Part shown: in pieces, positions 54,959 to 64,000 of the stretch | Numbering within the stretch: the first letter of the stretch is position 1 | Layout of the letters: the number at the start of each line of letters is the position of its first letter | Assembly (NCBI GenBank): GCA_963765765.1 | Contig: CAVXYC010000023.1 | Span: 96,001 to 160,000 of the forward strand | Length of the DNA stretch: 64,000 bases | Direction of reading: 5' to 3' | Source of the DNA: an uncultured Chloroflexia bacterium | GTDB taxonomy: Bacteria; Chloroflexota; UBA6077; JACCZL01 | Notes under the pieces: model-generated | What the model was told of the DNA's origin: nothing | What the model saw: the letters and a program-made list of their open reading frames with translations, nothing else | The model's database searches: none | Made by a program: the position numbers and the translations under genes

Positions 54959-56530
54959 CTACCTTGGCCTCATCACCCGCCCAGCGGCAGCGCCGGTGTC
55001 CTCTCCACTCTCGATGACCATCTGGCCGTTCACGAGGACGTACTCCACACCGCGGCAATACTGATGCGGATCCTCGTATGTAGCGACTTCGCCAACGGTC
55101 TCGGGATCGAACACGACGAGGTCTGCCTGGCATTCCGGCACCACGCGACCCAGATCTGAACGGCCCAGCCGGGTGGCGGGCAGCGATGTCATTTTTCGGA
55201 CTGCTTCCTCGAGCGGCAACACTCCCTCTTCACGCACGTAGTGACCCAGCACACGCACATACGTACCGTAACTGCGCGGGTGCGGTTTGCCGCCGGCGTC
55301 CGGGCTCAGGGTCCACCCGTCGCTGGCAACGGCCACCGATGGGTGTTGCATCACGCGGCGCACGTCGTCTTCGGACATGGAGAATGTGATCATGCCGATC
55401 CGCGCTCCTTCGGCGGTGATCAGGTCGAGCGCCGCGTCAACCGCGTCCTCACCGCGCCGCGCGGCGATCTCGGCGAGACGCAAGCCTTCGAACTGCTTGA
55501 ACGGGCCATCCGGAATCGACGCGACCAGCACCGTTTCGGCGCCGAAACGCTCCGATTTGAAGATATCTTCGCGGATGCGAGATCGGGTGGCGGGATCGCG
55601 CAGCCGAGCCTGCATCGCTTCCACTCCTCCTTCCACGGCCCAGCCAGGTAGGAGCGCGGAAAGCGTCGTACTGCCGGCGGTGTACGGATACTGGTCGGCC
55701 AGGACGTCGAGACCCTCGCCGCGCGCGGCGTCGATCAGCTTGAGCGACTGCTCCGTACGGCCCCAGTTCCGCTCATCAACAGCTTTGTGATGGCTAAGCT
55801 GTACGGGCACGTGGGCTTCTCGTCCCACGGTGATTGCTTCAGTCACCGAGTCCAGCAGTGTTGCGCCCTCACCGCGGATGTGGCTGGAATAGAAGCCGCC
55901 GAAACGCCCGGCCACCTCGGCCAGGGAAATCAGCTCGGTCGTGTCGCTGTAACCGCTGGGTGAGTAGATCAAGCCGGACGATAGTCCCACTGCCCCATCT
56001 TCCATGGCCTGCGCGACGAGCGCCTGCATGTGCTCCATCTCGGTAACTGTCGGTGCGCGGTTCTCGAATCCCATCGCGGCGATGCGGACCGCGCCATGGC
56101 CCACCTGGAGGGCGATGTTGCAGCCCAGCGGCAACGATCCCAGCATCGCCGCGTATTCAGCCGCTGTGCTCCAGCTCCAATCGATGCCGGCGTCCAGAAA
56201 CGCGGAATAAGAGCGCATAAGCTCGAGTCGCTCGGGTGTGACGGGGAACGGCGAGAAACTGCAATTCCCGCCCACCACCGTGGTCACACCTTGCCGTACC
56301 ATCGCCTCAGCGCGTGGAAAACGTGGAAGCGTGAAGTCACAGTGGGTGTGAATATCGATGAAACCGGGCGCGATACAACGTCCTTCGAGATCGATGGTCC
56401 GCCTCGCGACGCGACCTGTCAGATCACCGATATCCGCGATGCGCTCTCCCTCAACGGCCACATCGGCATGCCTGCCCGGTGCGCCGCTACCGTCAATTAC
56501 ACGACCGTTGCGGAACAGAAGATCATGCAT
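54959..56530 (-). CDS. N-acyl-D-amino-acid deacylase family amidohydrolase
   Basis: PGFIDIHTH, GNCSFS, HIRGE, SHHKA, DQYPYTAGST and HPRSYGT. Confidence 0.92.
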   Translation of the reverse strand: MHDLLFRNGRVIDGSGAPGRHADVAVEGERIADIGDLTGRVARRTIDLEGRCIAPGFIDIHTHCDFTLPRFPRAEAMVRQGVTTVVGGNCSFSPFPVTPERLELMRSYSAFLDAGIDWSWSTAAEYAAMLGSLPLGCNIALQVGHGAVRIAAMGFENRAPTVTEMEHMQALVAQAMEDGAVGLSSGLIYSPSGYSDTTELISLAEVAGRFGGFYSSHIRGEGATLLDSVTEAITVGREAHVPVQLSHHKAVDERNWGRTEQSLKLIDAARGEGLDVLADQYPYTAGSTTLSALLPGWAVEGGVEAMQARLRDPATRSRIREDIFKSERFGAETVLVASIPDGPFKQFEGLRLAEIAARRGEDAVDAALDLITAEGARIGMITFSMSEDDVRRVMQHPSVAVASDGWTLSPDAGGKPHPRSYGTYVRVLGHYVREEGVLPLEEAVRKMTSLPATRLGRSDLGRVVPECQADLVVFDPETVGEVATYEDPHQYCRGVEYVLVNGQMVIESGEDTGAAAGRVMRPR

Positions 56531-57284
56531 CGGACTGTGCCTCCTGACCGATGACCTCGATGTAGACCATTGCCGCGGGGGTTTGGGGATAGAGAACGGT
56601 ACGAACGACCGGGCGATCCGCGCTTCCCTGGAAGAACGCGTTCCAGTGCTTCTGCACCGTCGAAATGAGTGCACGATCCGAAACAAAGAGCCGCGCCTGG
56701 CGCAGCTCCGACCGATCCATTCCGGCGGCTCCCAGAAACGTCTGGAGGTTCTGAAACACGAGCTCGCACTGGCGCTCGAGGCCATCACCGGGAGCATTGG
56801 TGGAGGGCTCAAACGGCAGAATTCTCGACGAGAACACGTAGCCGCCGATTTTGACGCCCATGGGGATGGGATTGGTATGGGCTACAGGCGGCGTATAGAT
56901 CACCCGGCGTCGTCCATCAAGGACGGCCCACATCTCCGCCTGAACGAGCGTGCCGTCCGGTAAATCCGCGGCCATGAACTTGTAGGTCGGGCGATCCTGA
57001 TCATTGGGGAACATGGCTACCCAGGGCGGGTTGATGAGAGGCCGGTCGTCGAATTGCTTCAGGAAGAAGCTGACTTGGGCGACATTGTCGAGCGTTCCCC
57101 CGGCGGCCTCCACCACGTGCCTGATACCGTCGTGGACGAGCTCCAGCTGCTTTTCGACGCTATCTCCGAGTTGCCCGGTTTGGAGGTCGATTCCGGTAAT
57201 CCGCGACGCATGGACAAGATTACCGACGCGGATGCCGAGGGGAATTGGGTCAATGTCTGGATTGCCGAAGATCTCGGAGAGCAT
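56523..57284 (-). CDS. Two-domain Rid family protein
   Basis: PIPLGIRVGNLVHAS and HTNPIPMGVKIGGYVFSS repeats. Confidence 0.8.
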   Translation of the reverse strand: MLSEIFGNPDIDPIPLGIRVGNLVHASRITGIDLQTGQLGDSVEKQLELVHDGIRHVVEAAGGTLDNVAQVSFFLKQFDDRPLINPPWVAMFPNDQDRPTYKFMAADLPDGTLVQAEMWAVLDGRRRVIYTPPVAHTNPIPMGVKIGGYVFSSRILPFEPSTNAPGDGLERQCELVFQNLQTFLGAAGMDRSELRQARLFVSDRALISTVQKHWNAFFQGSADRPVVRTVLYPQTPAAMVYIEVIGQEAQSDA

Positions 57285-57355
57285 CAGGTCGGTCGCCTCG
57301 CCTTTCGTTGCGTTGTGCGTGCGCTCTTGATGTTTGTCTTCAATCGCCGATTTCG

Positions 57356-57817
57356 TCAGGACCAGTCTAGGCGATGCCTGAACCCAGGCCCCAGCGCCGC
57401 CAGGGCGAACTCGGCGAAGTCCACATCTTCCAGCCCCGGCGTTCCATTGGCGCCGCCGCTATTCCCTATGCCGCCAACGACCTGGTCGCCGTGGACTACC
57501 ACGAATCCACCCGGCAGCGTGGTGAGCATTGGATCATTCCAGTCGTGTGGACCCTGATGTCCGCGAGCCTCGTTCTCTTTCCACCAGGCCATGAGACCTA
57601 ACGTGTCCCGCTCGAAGACGGCGGCCGTATACGCCTTGCGGTGAGCAGCTTTCACGTATCGGCCAGCCAGACCATCCATGCGGGCACAGGCCAGCAGATC
57701 ACCGAACTTGTCCACCACGACAATGGCAACCTTGCGGTTCTTGGATCGCCCGGCCTCAAGCACGGCTGAGACGGCCTGTTGGGCTGAATCTAAGTTGAGA
57801 GAGCGCATCTCGATCAT
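57356..57817 (-). CDS. GlcG/HbpS-like heme-binding protein
   Basis: VAIVVVDKFGDL...RMDG, AHRKAYTA and GGIGNSG. Confidence 0.85.
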   Translation of the reverse strand: MIEMRSLNLDSAQQAVSAVLEAGRSKNRKVAIVVVDKFGDLLACARMDGLAGRYVKAAHRKAYTAAVFERDTLGLMAWWKENEARGHQGPHDWNDPMLTTLPGGFVVVHGDQVVGGIGNSGGANGTPGLEDVDFAEFALAALGPGFRHRLDWS

Positions 57818-57839
57818 GTTTAGGTCCGTTCTCAAATGC

Positions 57840-57933
57840 TTCCGTAGCTTCGGGCTTCCAGCCCAAGCGCATAACGCCGGCTTGTACCTGTGTACTTTGC
57901 TACGCGTTCGGCTGGAAGCCCGAAGCTACGGAA
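57840..57933. repeat. REP-like inverted repeat
   Basis: TTCCGTAGCTTCGGGCTTCCAGCC ... GGCTGGAAGCCCGAAGCTACGGAA. Confidence 0.75.
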
Positions 57934-57982
57934 GCGTAAGCTTGTGAAACCAATGCAAGTGGCCGATGATCGATGATCATTG

Positions 57983-58011
57983 TTGAACATTTATATCGGT
58001 CGTGGTACAGT
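57983..58011 (+). promoter_or_regulatory. Sigma70-type promoter of the ilv-leu leader
   Basis: TTGAAC-17 bp-TACAGT with extended -10 TG. Confidence 0.5.
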
Positions 58012-58040
58012 TTCCAGACCCTGAAAGCTGAATATTAAAC

Positions 58041-58302
58041 GCGACGACGGGGAGTACTACGTGACTCGAGGTGTCCAGAGAGCCGGGGCTAGGTGAGAGC
58101 CCGGTACACCAGAAGCGCTGAACTCGCCCCTGAGCGGTCACGGTGAACTTGATGACATCAGAAGTAACTGTGAACGGGGTGACGGGCGAGAGACCGTTAT
58201 GAGTGAGCCAACTTCGGAGATTTCAATCGCTCCGATGCGCTAACCAGGGTGGTACCGCGAGGCTTAACCCTCGTCCCTGTCTATCGGGGATGAGGGTTTT
58301 TT
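58041..58302 (+). ncRNA. T-box riboswitch, Leu specifier (CUC)
   Basis: AGAGA and GGTGA boxes, GAA-CTC specifier at 58123-58125, T-box AGGGTGGTACCGCG at 58246-58259, followed by a terminator; upstream of ilvB. Confidence 0.92.
58266..58302 (+). terminator. T-box attenuator terminator
   Basis: AACCCTCGTCCC-loop-GGGATGAGGGTT followed by a T run. Confidence 0.85.
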
Positions 58303-58435
58303 GTCGCCCCGATCGGCGGCCAGGGTACGGGGAAGAGAAGAAGGTGGGCTCAGCGTCAGCGTAGCCGCGGAGCTTCAGGTGGGTCAGGGTAGACCCGTTC
58401 AGCGTGACTCACCTGTGTGAGAGAGGAGCATCCAT

Positions 58436-60204
58436 ATGCGGCTCAACGGATCGCAAATCGTTGCGGAGAGCCTGCTGCGTGAAGGCGTGGAGGTCATGTT
58501 TGGCCTGCCCGGCGGCGCCATTATGCCGCTCTACGATGTCTGGTCACAGTATCCACAGATCAAACACGTACTCGTGCGACACGAGCAGGGGGCGGCGCAC
58601 ATGGCTGACGGCTATGCGCGCGCAAAAAACACCGTAGGCGTGTGTCTCGGGACGAGCGGCCCGGGCGCAACAAATCTAGTCACTGGCATCCTGAACGCGC
58701 ACATGGATTCGGCTCCGATCGTGGCTATCACGGCCAACGTGGCCAGCAAGTTCATCGGCTCCGATGCGTTTCAGGAAGCCGACATCACCGGTATCACGAT
58801 TCCGGTGACCAAGCAGAACTATCTGGTGCGTCGCGTTGAGGACTTGCCGCGCGTCATGAAGGAAGCCTTCCATATTGCACGCACGGGTCGACCCGGTCCG
58901 GTGCACGTGGACATTCCTAAGGACATTCTCGTGGCAACAACCGAGTTCAAGTATCCAGACTCGGTAAACCTGCCCGGTTTCCAGCCATCCGCCGAGGGCA
59001 ACATCGCCCAGATCCGCAAGGCGGTGCGGCTGATCGAACAAGCTAAAAGGCCGGTGATCATCGCCGGGCACGGTGTGATTCTCTCTGCCGCGTTCGATGA
59101 GCTGCGTGAGTTTGCCGAAGCCACCAACATCCCGGTCGTCACGACGCTGCTCGGAATCGGCTCGTTCTCAGAAACGCACCCGCTGTCGCTGCAGATGATG
59201 GGCATGCATGGCTGGGTGCACTGCAACTACGCCGTCCACAACGCCGACCTGATCATTGGCATCGGCAATCGCTTCGACGATCGCGCTTGCGGCGATTTCG
59301 AGCGCTTTGCGCCACATGCCAAGATCGTCCACATCGATATCGATCCAGCCGAGATCGGCAAGAACGTCAAGGTTGACGTGCCGATCGTGGGCGACGTGAA
59401 GCGGGTGCTCCAGAAGCTGCAGCCAGAGATCGACGCGTGCGCGGACAAGAGCGAGTGGCTGGCGCAGATCGATGAGTGGCGGCGGACCTATCCGCCCAAG
59501 TCGCTATCCCGGACGACACGCCGAAGTGCTGTATCAGCCACAGGTGATGCGCGCGATCGCAGGACGCGACGCACGGCGACGCGATCATCGTGGCCGACGT
59601 CGGTCAGCACCAGATGTTCGCGGCGCAGCATTTCACATTCACCGAGCCGAATCGCTTCATAACGTCCGGTGGCCTGGGCACGATGGGCTTCAGTCTGCCC
59701 GCGGCTATCGGCGCTCAGTATGCGCGGCCTGACAAGACGGTCTGGTGCGTCATCGGCGACGGTTGCTTCCAGATGGTCTCGCAGGAGCTTGCCGTCATGG
59801 CGATCGAAAACGTGCCGGTGAAGGTGGCCATCATCAACAACGGCTATCTGGGCATGGTGCGCCAGTGGCAGGAGCAATTCTTCGATCACAACTACTCGCA
59901 AGTGGACCTGGAAGGACCGCCTGACTTTGTCAAGCTGTCTGAGGCGTACGGCATTCCTGCCTGGCGAGTGAAGAAGCCGCAAGACATGGCTCAGGCAATC
60001 GGAGCGGCCATGGCTTACCCGGGGCCCGCGCTGATCGATTTCCGGGTTTCGCGTGAAGAGAACGTGTTGCCGATGGTCGTGCCAGGCACGTCCCTCGCGG
60101 AGGTCATCCCTGATGAAGCATACGTTGGTAGCGACAGCGGAAAACAGCCCGTCCATGCTGAATCGCGTAGTGAGCTTGTTCCGTCAGCGGGGTTTCGCGA
60201 TTGA
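58436..60204 (+). CDS. ilvB: Acetolactate synthase large subunit (frameshift near 59510-59580)
   Basis: FGLPGGA, RHEQGAAHMADGYAR, TSGPGATN, DVGQHQM, SGGLGTMG and GDGCFQM. Confidence 0.95.
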
Positions 60205-60634
60205 CAGTCTAGCCATCGGCAGGACGCACGAAGCGCACATCTCACGCATCACGATGGTGGTGGACGGCTCAAAGACTGGCATCGAACAAGTCGTCAAGCA
60301 GCTCTACAAGATCATCGAAATCCGCAAGGTCTCGGACATTACGGATGACAAGAGCGTGGAGCGCGAGCTTGCGCTCCTGAAGGTCACCAGCAAGAACGCC
60401 GCCATGCGCGCCGAGATCATGCAGATCGTGGATATCTATCACGCCAAGGTCGTGGACGTGGCGCTGGGATCCTTGACCGTTGAGGTCACGGGCCCAACCG
60501 ATAAGATCGACTCCGTTGTCGGGCTCCTGCGCGGCTACGGAATTAAAGAGATGGTACGCACAGGTGTCGTGGCTATGACCCGCGGCGCCGGCGTGGCGGC
60601 CGCTGATTCGAGCAAGCTGCAAGTCGTAGCGTAA
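60113..60634 (+). CDS. ilvN: Acetolactate synthase small subunit
   Basis: MKHTL...[25 protein letters not shown] and EMVRTG. Confidence 0.95.
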   Translation: MKHTLVATAENSPSMLNRVVSLFRQRGFAIDSLAIGRTHEAHISRITMVVDGSKTGIEQVVKQLYKIIEIRKVSDITDDKSVERELALLKVTSKNAAMRAEIMQIVDIYHAKVVDVALGSLTVEVTGPTDKIDSVVGLLRGYGIKEMVRTGVVAMTRGAGVAAADSSKLQVVA

Positions 60635-60659
60635 CGAGTCATGGGGGAGGAGATTTAAA

Positions 60660-61653
60660 TTGGCAACGGTGTATTACGAGAAGGATTGTGATCTCTCGCT
60701 TATCAAGGGCAAGAAGATCGCCATCATCGGCTACGGCAGCCAGGGACATGCCCACGCGCTGAACCTGCGCGACAACGGCTGCAACGTGATGGTGGGCCTG
60801 TACGAAGGCAGCAAGTCTTGGCAGCAAGCCGGCAAAGATGGCCTGGAAGTGGCCACCACCGATCGAGCCGCGGCCTGGGCCGACGTCGTCATGATCCTGG
60901 CGCCTGACCAGTACCAGAAGGCGATTTACGAGAAGGACGTCAAGGAGAACCTCGAGGCCGGCAACATGCTCATGTTTGCCCATGGCTTCAGCATTCTGTT
61001 CGATCAAGTGGTCCCGCCAACGGATGTGGACGTGACAATGATTGCGCCCAAGAGCCCGGGCCATGTCATGCGTGACATGTTCAAAGACGGCGTGGGTGTG
61101 CCCGGGCCTTCTGGCGGTTCAGCACGATGCCACCGGTCAGGGCAAGGCGCTGGCGCTGGCCTATGGCGCGGGGATTGGCTGCGCCCGCGCGGGCATCGTG
61201 GAGACCACGTTCAAGGAAGAAGCCGAGACAGATCTCTTTGGCGAGCAGGCTGTGCTGTGCGGCGGCGTGACTGCACTGATGCAGGCGGGCTACGAGATTC
61301 TCGTGGACGCCGGCTACCAGCCAGAAATGGCCTATTTCGAGTGCATCAACGAGATGAAGCTCATCGTTGACCTGATCTTCAAGGGCGGCATGGGCATGAT
61401 GCGCTACTCGATCTCAGACACTGCTGAGTTCGGGGATTACACCGCTGGCCCGCGCGTGATCGACGATCATGTGAAAGCCAACATGCGTCAGCTTCTGGCG
61501 GAGATCCAGAATGGCGAATTTGCCAAGAAATGGATTCTGGAGAACCAGGCCGGTCGGCCCAGCTTCAACGCCATGCGACGTCGCGCCAGGGAGCATTCCT
61601 CCGAGCAAGTAGGCGCTGAGCTCAGGGCCATGATGCCCTGGATCAACAAATAG
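60660..61653 (+). CDS. ilvC: Ketol-acid reductoisomerase (frameshift near 61100)
   Basis: [32 protein letters not shown] and SISDTAEFG. Confidence 0.97.
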
Positions 61654-61667
61654 GAAGGGAGCGTCAG

Positions 61668-62831
61668 ATGGACCGCGTCCTCATTTTCGATACCACGCTG
61701 CGCGACGGGGAGCAATCGCCGGGCGCGTCACTGACGTCCGAACAGAAACTCGAGATTGCGCATCAGCTTGCTCGTCTCGGTGTGGATATCATCGAGGCAG
61801 GCTTCCCGGCCGCTTCGCCTGATGACTTCGCCGCTGTGCAGCGGATTGCACGCGAAGTCAAAGGGCCGATCATCGCCGGCCTGGCGCGCGCCGTGCCTGA
61901 AGACATCGATCGCTGCTGGGAAGCCATCAAAGATGCCGAGCGACCGCGCATCCACACCTTCCTCTCCACATCCGATATTCATCTGGAGCGCCAGTTCCGG
62001 ATGACGCGCGATGAGGCGCAGAAGCAGGCCGTGGATATGGTCCAGCGCGCTAAGTCGTACACAAACGACGTCGAATTCAGTCCGATGGATGCAACGCGTT
62101 CCGACTGGGACTATCTCTACTCGGTGCTCGATTCGGTCGTAGAGGCCGGCGCGACCACACTGAACATCGCCGATACGGTTGGCTACGCCGTTCCGGACGA
62201 GTTTGGGGAGCTCATCGCGGGCATCTTCGGTCACGTCCGTAATTCGGACAAGATCACGGTCTCTGTGCACTGCCACAATGACCTTGGTCTTGCCGTAGCC
62301 AACTCGCTGGCCGCCGTGCGTGCGGGCGCACGCCAGATCGAGTGCTGCGTGAACGGAATCGGCGAACGGGCCGGCAATGCCGCGCTCGAAGAGATTGTCA
62401 TGGGGCTCACGATTCGGAGCGACACGTTCGGCGGTGTGGGACACAACATCGACGTTACGCAGCTTCATCCCACCAGTCAGATGGTTCGCGAGCTAACGGG
62501 CCTGATGGTGCAGCGCAACAAGGCGGTCGTGGGAGAGAATGCTTTCTCTCACGAGGCTGGCATTCACCAGGACGGCATGCTCAAGGATCGCGACACCTAC
62601 GAGATCATGCGCGCTGACGCCATCGGGTACGGTCAGACCAAACTCGTGCTCGGCAAGCACTCCGGTCGTCACGCTCTCCGCGTGCGCCTCGGAGAGTTGG
62701 GCTACACCCTCACGCCCGAGCAGCTCAAAGACTGCTTCGCGATGTTCAAAGATGTCGCCGACTACAAGAAGGAAGTAGACGACGATGATCTGAAGGGCAT
62801 TATGGGGCGGATGACGGTGAGCGCGGGCTGA
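61668..62831 (+). CDS. leuA: 2-isopropylmalate synthase, short form
   Basis: [26 protein letters not shown] and LGKHSGRHA; 387 aa. Confidence 0.93.
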   Translation: MDRVLIFDTTLRDGEQSPGASLTSEQKLEIAHQLARLGVDIIEAGFPAASPDDFAAVQRIAREVKGPIIAGLARAVPEDIDRCWEAIKDAERPRIHTFLSTSDIHLERQFRMTRDEAQKQAVDMVQRAKSYTNDVEFSPMDATRSDWDYLYSVLDSVVEAGATTLNIADTVGYAVPDEFGELIAGIFGHVRNSDKITVSVHCHNDLGLAVANSLAAVRAGARQIECCVNGIGERAGNAALEEIVMGLTIRSDTFGGVGHNIDVTQLHPTSQMVRELTGLMVQRNKAVVGENAFSHEAGIHQDGMLKDRDTYEIMRADAIGYGQTKLVLGKHSGRHALRVRLGELGYTLTPEQLKDCFAMFKDVADYKKEVDDDDLKGIMGRMTVSAG

Positions 62832-62855
62832 GGCCTTCAGGCATCAAGAGTTATT

Positions 62856-62891
62856 CGGGGGTGGGGCGGATGTCCTGCCCCCGAGTTGTTT
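62856..62891 (+). terminator. Terminator-like hairpin after leuA
   Basis: TCGGGGGTGGGGC-GGAT-GTCCTGCCCCCGA followed by GTTGTTT. Confidence 0.45.
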
Positions 62892-62935
62892 GGCGGAGAT
62901 GTGAAGCAAAAGGTCGATGTGATCCGCGAGAGTTA

Positions 62936-63031
62936 CCCTACCCCAGCCCTCCCCGTGCGCGGGGAGGGAGCCGGGTTCTCGATTTCTGAGTCTCCGGCCC
63001 CTCCCCGCGCACGGGGAGGGCTGGGGTAGGG
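62936..63031. repeat. REP-like doublet, family A, copy 3
   Basis: CCCTACCCCAGCCCTCCCCGTGCGCGGGGAGGG ... CCCTCCCCGCGCACGGGGAGGGCTGGGGTAGGG, ending 5 bp before the DUF559 ATG. Confidence 0.85.
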
Positions 63032-63036
63032 CTCCG

Positions 63037-63447
63037 ATGAGAAATCAACGGCACAGGGCGCCTCCTATTACCTACCAACGAGCGCGCGAGCTTCGTAGGA
63101 ACATGTCCTCACCTGAGCGCATCCTCTGGAAGCTCCTTCGCGCCAATCAGCTTGGTGTGAAGTTTCGGCGCCAGTATCCGATAGGCCCCTACATCGCCGA
63201 TTTCTACTGCGCTGAAGCAGAGTTCATCATCGAAATAGACAGCAACACCGCCCACGGCACTGAAGTGGCAGAAAACCATGACAAGCGTCGAGACCAATAT
63301 ATGAGCAATCTCGGTCTGAGCGTATTGAGAATCCGAGCCAACGACATCTTCTACAACCTCGATGGCGTGATCGATACAATCAAGACTGCGTTACCTTATG
63401 AGCTGCGGGAACAAGAGGGGGAAGGGGCGATAGCAACATGGCAATGA
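63037..63447 (+). CDS. DUF559 (Vsr-like) endonuclease domain protein
   Basis: RARELRRNMS..E..LW..LR, KFRRQYPIGPYIADF, IIEID and D..RD..M...G..VLR. Confidence 0.9.
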   Translation: MRNQRHRAPPITYQRARELRRNMSSPERILWKLLRANQLGVKFRRQYPIGPYIADFYCAEAEFIIEIDSNTAHGTEVAENHDKRRDQYMSNLGLSVLRIRANDIFYNLDGVIDTIKTALPYELREQEGEGAIATWQ

Positions 63448-64000
63448 CAGCCGTCTCAAAAATCATCGCTGCCAGGTCTGGCCAGAAAGAGGTCGAGCCG
63501 GGGCAGTTCGTTTCGGCCAAGGTAGACCTGGTGATGTGCAACGACATCACAGCGCCGCTGGCGGTGCAGACCGTGAAGGACCTGGGCGTCAAGAAGGTCT
63601 TCGACAGGGAAAAGATCACCTTCGTCGAGTCGCATTACGTGCCTGCCAAGGACATCGCCTCGGCTATCAATGTGCAGCAGCTGCGCGAGTTCGTGAAGGA
63701 GCAGGACATCAAGTGGTTTTTCCCGAACGCTCGTGGCGGCATCGAGCATTCGCTGTTGCCTGAGGAAGGCGTGGTTGTTCCTGGGCAGCTCATCGTTGGC
63801 GCGGATTCGCATACGCCGACGTACGGCGCGCTCGGTAATTTCGCCGCGGGTTTCGGATCGACCGACGCGGGCGTTGCCATGGCGACGGGAGAGGTCTGGC
63901 TGCGTGTACCCGAGACGATCAAGGTCACCCTGACCGGGACCAAACACCCCTGGGTCGTTGGCAAGGACCTGGTGCTACGCGTCATTAGCGAGATCGGGGT
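63438..64000 (+). CDS. leuC: 3-isopropylmalate dehydratase large subunit (partial, runs off window)
   Basis: MAMTAVSKII...NDITAPLA, GIEHSLLPE, GADSHTPTYGA and GKDLVL. Confidence 0.9.
   Translation, partial: MAMTAVSKIIAARSGQKEVEPGQFVSAKVDLVMCNDITAPLAVQTVKDLGVKKVFDREKITFVESHYVPAKDIASAINVQQLREFVKEQDIKWFFPNARGGIEHSLLPEEGVVVPGQLIVGADSHTPTYGALGNFAAGFGSTDAGVAMATGEVWLRVPETIKVTLTGTKHPWVVGKDLVLRVISEIG

Noticed and set aside
60113-60204. 92-nt ilvB/ilvN overlap as a special feature
   Set aside because: One missing C in ATCCC-TGATG would give an ordinary TGATG junction; probably another indel error.
49120-63031. Repeats as a CRISPR array
   Set aside because: They are dispersed inverted doublets, not direct repeats with regular spacers, and there are no cas genes.

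Overview
GC-rich bacterial chromosomal segment, probably Chloroflexota (inferred from a T-box-controlled ilv-leu operon, F420-type enzymes and lipoproteins with PTAAP-like linkers). Many genes are split by single-base indels, most likely long-read consensus errors. From left to right: an aromatic/heterocycle catabolic patch (Rieske oxygenase, Gfo/Idh/MocA dehydrogenase, SDR, hydrolase); a lower-GC nuclease-NACHT defence-like gene between two reciprocally decayed copies of a ddn-MFS segment; a GT-C enzyme, a truncated ISKra4, a TPP enzyme, UdgX, a PQQ dehydrogenase, YyaL, a stand-alone LigD polymerase and transporters. The main finding is at about 32.8-41.6 kb, where the ORF track breaks five genes at in-frame TGA codons. 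Each TGA sits at a catalytic Cys position (two DsbA-like UxxC, two AhpD-like CxxU, one peroxiredoxin/SelL-like UxxC) and is followed by a SECIS-like hairpin. This dense selenoprotein cluster surrounds a Tes/MJ0619-family radical SAM enzyme, a methyltransferase, a flavin disulfide reductase and CcdA. It lies next to a two-component system and a cytochrome c'-beta/P460-cupredoxin fusion. The right part has a multi-domain Rid cluster, several REP-like palindrome families (one abutting a DUF559 nuclease inserted between leuA and leuC) and the Leu T-box ilvBNC-leuA-leuC operon. All calls come from motif recognition by eye; no database searches were run.
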